Below, piece after piece: positions 54,690-64,000 of a stretch of 64,000 bases of DNA. Every line of letters starts with the position of its first letter. The first letter of the stretch is position 1. The translations under genes were made by a program, and so were the position numbers. The notes under the pieces were generated by a model. It did not search any database. It was not told where the DNA came from and saw only the letters and a list, made by a program, of their open reading frames with translations. This DNA comes from Convolutriloba macropyga. Lineage: Eukaryota. The DNA is taken from NCBI RefSeq assembly GCF_964194025.1, contig NC_134469.1:47430001-47494000 (forward strand), read 5' to 3'.

Positions 54690-57600
54690 AAAATGTAACA
54701 AAGAGGAATTAATTGCAAGAACCAGTGAAAAAATGAACGAAAAGGATAAAATCTCCAGAAAACAATTTGGAACAGTACGAACTGAACTGCAGAAACAGAC
54801 AGTTACTTTCAAGAAAGAGACAAGAAATCTTCTGGAGAAAGCTTTTAAGTACTTCAAAGAACAGACATCCAAAGTCATTGATAATTTGCTAGAAAAGCAG
54901 GATAATTCGCGTTTTACAAAAAATATTGAAATGCCAGATAAAAAATATTATCCGAGAGTGATACCAGGCTTTGCAAAGCAGCTTTAAATATTAAATAGCA
55001 CATACCGCAAAATCAATCAATAAGACATCTCGCAGCAAACGCCACTTCATTCATATTCTTCAGCAACAATTAAAGATATTGGAAATGCTGGGCTAAGACG
55101 GGAACTTTAGTACTACACGCTGGACATAATTCAATCGATAAAGGTTTATCTCTGCAAGATGCTGCAACGCAAACGAAAGATACAGCTGCTAATTGCATGA
55201 AAAAGTTAAAACCACACCGTGTAGCTATCTGCAAAATTTCACCTGTCAAAGATGGTTGTTATGGTCGAAATAGCAATAGAGAGGCAATAACAAAGTTTAA
55301 TAAGCAACTGGAAATGATATGCCTGGAATGGGATGGTCTGTGTCCTTGGTCAAAAATGAAAATATTGATAATACTCTTACAGATAATGTTATTTCTTATG
55401 ACGGGGTTCACCTAAACGTAAATGGAATCAAAAACCTTGTGAATATTATTCGGAACTATGATGTCTTCAACAACTTGCCTGCAGCACAGAATGTTATCCA
55501 ACCTCCAAAAATTCCAAATTACCGCAATATTGCTTGAATTGAATAATGTGAAAGATATGAGAATTTGTTTTCAAAGATTATTAATTCTTATTTTTTTGAC
55601 AAATTTGCACAAAAATGACTTCATAGTCATTAGGAAAAGTTTAACCCAAGCGAAAGATTTCTTTTACCATACTGTGTACATATTAATGGCCAGCTGGAGC
55701 GAAAAAATTTTGCGCCCCAGAGCTGCTCTTTTTCTTTGCATTTTGGTTTTGAGAAAATCATTACAACTTTTTGGAAATGTGGAAAAAAAAATCTGGACCC
55801 TTTATTACGGTTAATACTTTAATAGTTGTCAACTTTGATAAATAGCTAGATCCATCCCAATGTTGTTTAAAATTTTTTCTCATAAATGCGCGTAGCATAC
55901 AAAATAAGTATGAAAACCCTTTAAATTTGGTTCAACAACTAGATTTGCAAACTATACTTATAGTAATTGAAGCAATGATTTCAGATGAGCAGGACACTAA
56001 TTTCAATACGAACATCTTTTTTACAAAAAGCTCAATCAAAACAAACGGGAGCCTAGCGAGGGGGGGGGGGGTGTCGGATTTTGGATCCGCAGACACTTCA
56101 ATGTTAAACGTAAGAAAAAATTTGAGAAAGCTAATGCGAATTCTTTTGAATCAATGTGGCTCGAAATGAATGAACATTTGAAAGATAAATGTTTGTTGAA
56201 TATTTCGTACAATTCGAGTAAAAATCCTTCCAATTTTTTCCTGAACGAGTTGAGCGCTGAATTATCTAATGCATATTCCCTAACAGACAATCTTCTTCTA
56301 TTTAGTGACTACAACATTGACCAATTCAACAAAAAAAAGAGAAAGAATTACTTGAAAACTCTACATCTGTTCAGGCACATAACCCAACAAATATGTACAC
56401 TCCCACTCGCATCAGCAAAACCAATCAATCGCTTATCACTGCTTTATGACAAAAAATCAGATTGTAGAAGTTTTCTGCAGCTCATTGAGGGCAACCACAG
56501 CATCATAATTTATCAGAGCAATTTAGAAATGATAGGGAGGCGCGAAAATAGATAATTTAATAGAAGAATTATGAAACTTTTGTCGGGGAGAAATTCAACA
56601 GGGACTTGGACTGACGACCTATGTATCAACAGGAAAATTGTGATGAAACGTTTACAAAATTTAATGAAACTTTCCAAAGTGTACTTGATCAGCATGCACC
56701 TATACAGATACGTGTCTCTTCAATAAAACAAAACAAAAAAGTGATAAACCATGGATATCCAAGGAACTCATAAAAATAGCAGAAAGACATCATTTGTGCA
56801 ATCAATAGAAATATACTCAAAACTACGAAAATTTCGACGAGTCCAAAAAATGCCGTAACCTAGTGAACCGAAGACTACGAGATGCACATCACAAATATTC
56901 TTTTGGTTTATTTAAGCAATGTGAAAAATTGAAGCAGAAATGGAATTTCATCAATAAAAAATTAGGAAACCACAAACAAGGTAAAAATGTGTCTGAAATT
57001 GAAATAGACGGAGCCAATACCGTTGACAAAAAAGCAATTTGCAACGCATTTAATAATTGTTTTGCGGAAATGTGCAAATATTCTGGTGATTTTGTTCCTC
57101 TAAATATCCATAAGTTGGACCAATGAGCTGAAAAAATCGATTTGAGTGTACTGACTTTAAAAGAAATCTACAAAACCCATTGACAGTTCAGAAAATAATA
57201 AATCTCCGTGTCCAGGATTTGTCCATACGCATTTTACTTTTAACGTATGAATTCAAAACAGTGTCTTTCCAACTATTCTAAATCATGCATATGTCACAAC
57301 TATTCACAAAAAAGGATTAACAACACAAGTGTGCAACTATCAACTAATATCGGTCACACTAATATTTATTAAGCTTTTCGACAAACTTCTCCTTTTCCGA
57401 ATGAAGGACCACATTGATAAAAACAATCTGTTGAATAAAGATCAATTTGGACAGCAAAACAAAAAATCTTAGACAGATGCAGTATTGTTTTGCATTGAGA
57501 CAGTAATAGAAAACCATGAAAATGGGGAAAAAACTGCAGCAGTTTTCATAGACCTTGCGAAAGCATTCAATTCGATTTCGCACAAAATATTTCTTAGAAA

Positions 57601-58760
57601 AGCAGAGTGCGTCAACTTATCTGAGCCTGCAACTCATTCATTGAAATTTTTTCTTGAAGAAAGACCAACATGCGTCAAAAAGACGCCGAGGTCTCAGAAC
57701 GCATTTTCGTTAATGATGGAAAACCGCCAGGCACAGTATTAGGGCCCTCAATTTTCTATTATGTATTAACCATTTTTCAGAAAAAATCAAAGGTGTCTTT
57801 GAGTTTGTTCAATTTGCAGACGATACTTGTATTTTATGTCGATATGAACTAGGAGAAACAATTGCAACAAAAAATGAAAATATTTTGTTGAAAACGGACG
57901 ATTACTTAAAGGAAAATCAACTCACATTCAATGCTGATAAAACAGAACTCCTTTTTTGTCCACCAGGGACGAATTAGAACCAAAAGTTACTTCTAACGAA
58001 AATTTAATAAAATCTGCTGAAAATTGTCAATATCTAGGAATAATCCTTGACAAAAAATAGATTTCGAGGCACATCTAATTTGAATTTTAGAAAAAATGGC
58101 GGCCACCAGTCGCTCACTATGTCTGGTAAGGAACCATATATCTTTGGAAGTAAGGCTGCAAGTTTCAAATCTTTAGTCCTGTCTCATTTTTCATTCAGTG
58201 GAGTTTTTTTTTCAAACATTGTCAGCAAAAACATACAGCGTATGAATCGAAAGATTAAATGGGGCAAAAAATGTGCGTTATATGCGTATTAAATTCGATC
58301 ATTGTCGTAATATTCTTTGAAAATTGCATGTCCTATCAGCTGAATTAATTATTTCAAAAGTTTAGTATATTGAAACTCCACATAGACTTGAATCAGAGGA
58401 TAGTATCAGAGACATTTAAAAATGTGCAAACCGCCTACAGTTTAAACAGAACAAATGGGCAAAACAGCTGATAATAAGAACGCAAAAGTATACTAAGCAG
58501 AGGAAAAGATCTTTGATTTTGAAGAGCATACAAAATTGGAATAAGTTACTCTTTAACGTAAGAACGACAGAGAATAAAATTTTGTTCAAAAAAATTTAAC
58601 TGAGTTTTTGCAACGTCAGCATGAAAATTTGCCAATAGATAGACAGCTGGATCATTCGTGATTTATTTTTATATATAGTGGAGCGAACAGCTTAATGTGT
58701 AACGTCAATTATTAACCAGAAGATTATAAAATAATTTTGATTATTTCAATAAATATTCTT
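54690..58760 (+). mobile_element. Decayed non-LTR retrotransposon, CR1/L2 group, SGNH-esterase ORF1 plus APE-RT ORF2
   Basis: ORF1: LVLHAGHNSID (~55107), ISYDGVHLN. APE: INARSIQNK (~55882), RGGGV, FESMWLE, FSDYNID. RT: VFIDLAKAFNSISH, G.P.GTVLGP, QFADDT (~57810). Many stops and frameshifts; boundaries approximate. Confidence 0.88.
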
Positions 58761-59969
58761 GATTATTCTGAAGGCATGTAAACTTTACCCCTTTGCTTAT
58801 AATATTAATTATCATGTTTGTTTGAAAAAAAAGAATACAACTCAGAAAAACAAAAAGTGTCGATACAAAGTTCAAACAGTTGCATTAACCTCGGAAAGTT
58901 ATTATCAAATTTTGAAGCGTGACCACCTAAAAAAACACCCACAAGATTAAAGCAAACACAGCCGGAAAATTTTCGTTCCAGTTTTTAGCCGTGAATTCTG
59001 GTTTTTATTTTTTTGATAATCGAGGAAAGCCTAAAGCAGTGACTTGCTGTAATATTTAGAATGATTAAAAGCACTGGCGAGATCAATTTTTATTTTTTTG
59101 TGTTCCATCTTCTATACTATTAAGGTAACTTCAATCTTTTTTTCACACTCAGCTTAATTCTAAAGAAACCCTTACAACAGAAAAACCTCTTGTGTCCCAC
59201 GTTTATCGTATTTGGAAATAATTGTAATCAACTCATTAATACAGGGTTTAGCGTGAAATTGTAAAGATGTGGTAAACCTGGCACGCAATTGATAACGTTG
59301 CCTTTCTTTTCGCCTTTATTAGACGATATGAGATAATGAAAACCCACAATGACTTCAAGATTCTTTTTGAAATTTGGTTTTCCATTTTTCAAGAGAATTA
59401 CAGTAACAATTACAGTAAGAAGGGCCGCTTAAAACTAAATATTTTGATAACTGCCAGCCACCATTTCAATTATCCGTTAGATGGATCAATTTTCTGGGAA
59501 TATAAAATTCTACCACAGGCTTCAAATTTTGCAATTTTCTCCTTGAAAACTATGATAATCAATTGTTAATCAGTGAGCTGCACATCACGACTTACAAATC
59601 AAATGTTTTGATAAATGCCAAACTATCGGTGACACTCACTAGAAGGAATTGATGTTTCTTCTCAAAATTAAAACTCATTTTTCCATCGGAAACAATTGCA
59701 TTGGATTTTATTTTGCAGTTAGAAAAAAAACCCTAAAGTTGTGATGATGACCACAAATGAGGAAAATGCCCACTATTTGATGGAAAAGAAGCTGAAATTA
59801 AAAGTCAGAAGTCAGCTGCGTGTAAACTTTCAAACTAAATTGATAAATTTTGTCTACTCCCTTCTGAACACTGTAAATTGCAATGCCCAACTTTTTAAAA
59901 AATGATGCTGTAATTTTATTATTCAACTAAAAGCAATACGAGGTCATCATGTTTTCAAAAAAAAGTCCT

Positions 59970-62900
59970 TTAAAAATGTAACAAAGAGGAATTAATTGCA
60001 AGAACCAGTGAAAAAATGAACGAAAAGGATAAAATCTCCAGAAAACAATTTGGAACAGTACGAACTGAACTGCAGAAACAGACAGTTACTTTCAAGAAGG
60101 AGACAAGAAATCGTCTGGAGAAAGCTTTTAAGTACTTCAAAGAACAGACATCCAAAGTCATTGATAATTTGCTAGAAAAGCAGGATAATTCGCGTTTTAC
60201 AAAAAATATTGAAATGCCAGATAAAAAATATTATCCGAGAGTGATACCAGGCTTTGCAAAGCAGCTTTAAATATTAAATAGCACATACCGCAAAATCAAT
60301 CAATAAGACATCTCGCAGCAAACGCCACTTCATTCATATTCTTCAGCAACAATTAAAGATATTGGAAATGCTGGGCTAAGACGGGAACTTTAGTACTACA
60401 CGCTGGACATAATTCAATCGATAAAGGTTTATCTCTGCAAGATGCTGCAACGCAAACGAAAGATACAGTTGCTAATTGCATGAAAAAGTTAAAACCACAC
60501 CGTGTAGCTATCTGCAAAATATCACCTGTCAAGGATGGTTGTTATGGTCGAAATAGCAATAGAGAGGCAATAACAAAGTTTAATAAGCAACTGGAAATGA
60601 TATGCCTGGAATGGGATGGTCCGTGTCCTTGGTCAAAAATGAAAATATTGATAATACTCTTACAGATAATGTTATTTCTTATGACGGGGTTCACCTAAAC
60701 GTAAATGGAATCAAAAACCTTGTGAATATTATTCGGAACTATGATGTCTTCAACAACTTGCCTGCAGCAGAGAATGTTATCCAACCTCCAAAAATTCCAA
60801 ATTACCGCAATATTGCTTGAATTGAATAATGTGAAAGATATGAGAATTTGTTTTCAATGATTATTAATTCTTATTTTTTTGACAAATTTAAACAAAAATG
60901 ACTTCATAGTCATTAGGAAAAGTTTAACCCAAGCGAAAGATTTCTTTTACAATATTGTGTACATATTAATGGCCAGCTGAAGCGAAAAAATTTTGCGCCC
61001 CAGAGCTGCTCTTTTTCTTTGCATTTTGGTTTTGAGAAAATTGAGAAAATCATTACAACTTTGTGGAAATGTGGGAAAAAAATCTGGACCCTTTATTACG
61101 GTTAATACTTTAATAGTTGTCGACTTTGATAAATAGCTAGATCCATCCCAATGTTGTTTAAAATTTTTTCTCATAAATGCGCGTAGCATACAAAATAAGT
61201 ATGAAAACCCTTTAAATTTGGTTCAACAACTAGATTTGCAAACTATACTTATAGTAATTGAAGCAATGATTTCAGATGAGCAGGACACTAATTTCAATAC
61301 GAACATCTTTTTTACAAAAAGCTCAATCAAAACAAACGGGAGCCTAGCGAGGGGGGGGGGGTGTCGGATTTTGGATCCGCAGACACTTCAATGTTAAACG
61401 TAAGAAAAAATTTGAGAAAGCTAATGCGAATTCTTTTGAATCAATGTGGCTCGAAATGAATGAACATTTGAAAGATAAATGTTTGTTGAATATTTCGTAC
61501 AATTCGAGTAAAAATCCTTCCAATTTTTTCCTGAACGAGTTGAGCGCTGAATTATCTAATGCATATTCCCTAACAGACAATCTTCTTCTATTTAGTGACT
61601 ACAACATTGACCAATTCAACAAAAAAAAGAGAAAGAATTACTTGAAAACTCTACATCTGTTCAGGCACATAACCCAACAAATATGTACACTCCCACTCGC
61701 ATCAGCAAAACCAATCAATCGCTTATCACTGCTTTATGACAAAAAATCAGATTGTAGAAGTTTTCTGCAGCTCATTGAGGGCAACCACAGCATCATAATT
61801 TATCAGAGCAATTTAGAAATGATAGGGAGGCGCGAAAATAGATAATTTAATAGAAGAATTATGAAACTTTTGTCGGGGAGAAATTCAACAGGGACTTGGA
61901 CTGACGACCTATGTATCAACAGGAAAATTGTGATGAAACGTTTACAAAATTTAATGAAACTTTCCAAAGTGTACTTGATCAACATGCACCTATACAGATA
62001 CGTGTCTCTTCAATAAAACAAAACAAAAAAGTGATAAACCATGGATATCCAAGGAACTCATAAAAATAGCAGAAAGACATCATTTGTGCAATCAATAGAA
62101 ATATACTCAAAACTACGATAATTTCGACGAGTCCAAAAACTGCCGTAACCTAGTGAACCGAAGACTACGAGATGCACATCACAAATATTCTTTTGGTTTA
62201 TTTAAGCAATGTGGAAAATTGAAGCAGAAATGGAATTTCCTCAATAAAAAATTAGGAAACCACAAACAAGGTAAAAATGTGTCTGAAATTGAAATAGACG
62301 GAGCCAATACCGTTGACAAAAAGCAATTTGCAACGGATTTAATAATTGTTTTGCGGAAATGTGCAAATATTCTGGTGACTTTGTTCCTCTAAATATCCAT
62401 AAGTTGGACCAATGAGCTGAAAAAATTGATTTGAGTGTACTGACTTTAAAAGAAATCTACAAAACCCATTGACAGTTCAGAAAATAATAAATCACCGCGT
62501 CCAGGATTTGTCCATACGCATTTTACTTTTAACGTATGAATTCAAAACAGTGTCTTTCCAACTATTCTAAATCATGCATATGTCACACCTATTCACAAAA
62601 AAGGATTAACAACACAAGTGTGCAACTATCAACTAATTTCGGTCACACTAATATTTATTAAGCTTTTCGACAAACTTTTCCTTTTCCAAATGAAGGACCA
62701 CATTGATAAAAACAATCTGTTGAATAAAGATCAATTTGGACACCAAAACAAAAAATCTTAGACAGATGCAGTATTGTTTTGCACTGAGACAGTAATAGAA
62801 AACCATGAAAATGGGGAAAAAACTGCAGCAGTTTTCATAGACCTTGCGAAAGCATTCAATTCAATTTCGCACAAAATATTTCTTAGAAAAGCAGAGTGCG

Positions 62901-64000
62901 TCAACTTATCTGAGCCTGCAACTCATTTATTGAAATTTTTCCTTGAAGCAAGACCAACATGCGTCAAAAAGACGCCGAGGTCTCAGAACGCATTTTTGTT
63001 AATGATGGAAAACCGCCAGGCACAGTATTAAGGCCCTCAAATTTCTATTATGTATTAACGATTTTTCAGAAAAAATCAAAGGTGTCTTTGAGTTTGTTCA
63101 ATTTGCAGACGATACTTGTATTTTATGTCGATATGAACTAGGAGAAACAATTGCAACAAAAATTGAAAATATTTTGTTGAAAACGGACGAATACTTAAAG
63201 GAAAATCAAATCACATTCAATGCTGATAAAAACAGAACTCCTTTTTTGTCCACCAGGGACGAATTAGAACCAAAAGTTACTTCTAACGAAAATTTAATAA
63301 AATCTGCTGAAAATTGTCAATATCTAGGAATAATCCTTGACTCAAAATAGATTTCGAGGCACATCTAATTTGAATTTTAGAAAAAATGGCGGCCACCTTT
63401 CGCTCACTATGTCTGGTAAGGAACCATATATCATTGGAAGTAAGGCTGCAAGTTTCAAATCTTTAGTCCTGTCTCATTTGTCATTCAGTGGAGTTTTTTT
63501 TCAAACATTGTCAGCAAAAACATACAGCGTATGAATCGAAAGATTAAATGGGGCAAAAAATGTGCGTTATATGCGTATTAAATTCGATCATTGTCGTAAT
63601 ATTCTTTGAAAATTGCATGTCCTACCAGCTTAATTAATTATTTCAAAAGTTTAGTATATTGAAATTTCACATAGACTTGAATCAGAGGATAGTATCAGAG
63701 ACATTTAAAAATGTGCAAACCGCCTACAGTTTAAACAGAACAAATGGGCAAAACAGCTGATAATAAGAACGCAAAAGTATACTAAGCAGAGGAAAAGATC
63801 TTTGATTTTGAAGAGCATACAAAATTGGAATAAGTTACTCTTTAACGTAAGAACGACGGAGAATAAAATTTTGTTCAAAAAAATTTAACTGAGTTTTTGC
63901 AACGTCAGCATGAAAATTTGCCAATAGATAGACAGCTGGATCATTCGTGATTTATTTTTATATATAGTGGAGCGAACAGCTTAATGTGTAACATCAATTA
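59970..64000 (+). mobile_element. Second copy of the decayed CR1/L2-group LINE
   Basis: Near-identical to the first copy, sharing most of its disabling lesions. Confidence 0.88.

Larger units (their letters stand above)
53683..64000. repeat. Tandem duplication, first unit 53683-59419, second from 59420 to beyond the window
   Basis: AAGGGCCGCTTAAAACTAAATATTTTGATAACTGCCAGCC at 53683 and 59420; paired ORFs throughout; copy 2 lacks ~53846-53977 and ~54283-54605. Confidence 0.92.

Overview
AT-rich animal (invertebrate-type) genomic DNA with spliceosomal genes and dense repeats; nothing prokaryotic, no RNA genes or CRISPR seen. Four genes can be reconstructed by hand with frame-consistent GT-AG junctions. 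On the + strand: a galactose-3-O-sulfotransferase-like gene (3 exons, 10133-17709, 388 aa). On the - strand: TMEM68 (4 exons, 360 aa), RUVBL1/Pontin (4 exons, 457 aa) and RPS21 (82 aa). The left end is a decayed BEL/Pao LTR retrotransposon with a 3.27-kb internal tandem duplication. The right end is a decayed CR1/L2-group LINE with an SGNH-esterase ORF1, duplicated in tandem (5.7-kb unit). The main structure absent from the ORF track lies at about 17.8-53 kb: at least four families (here A, B, C, D) of non-autonomous elements with Helentron/DINE-1-like ends (family-specific subterminal inverted repeats plus terminal hairpins, A/T-run targets, no TSD). All recognisable copies share one orientation and they nest up to four deep, repeatedly in the A-run next to the host element's terminus, with matching empty and filled sites in the window. 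Second lead: TMEM68 and RUVBL1 are only 241 nt apart, with an apparently unpaired TTTCAG acceptor before the RUVBL1 ATG, a candidate trans-spliced operon. All alignments were done by eye and family assignments come from remembered motifs, not database searches.
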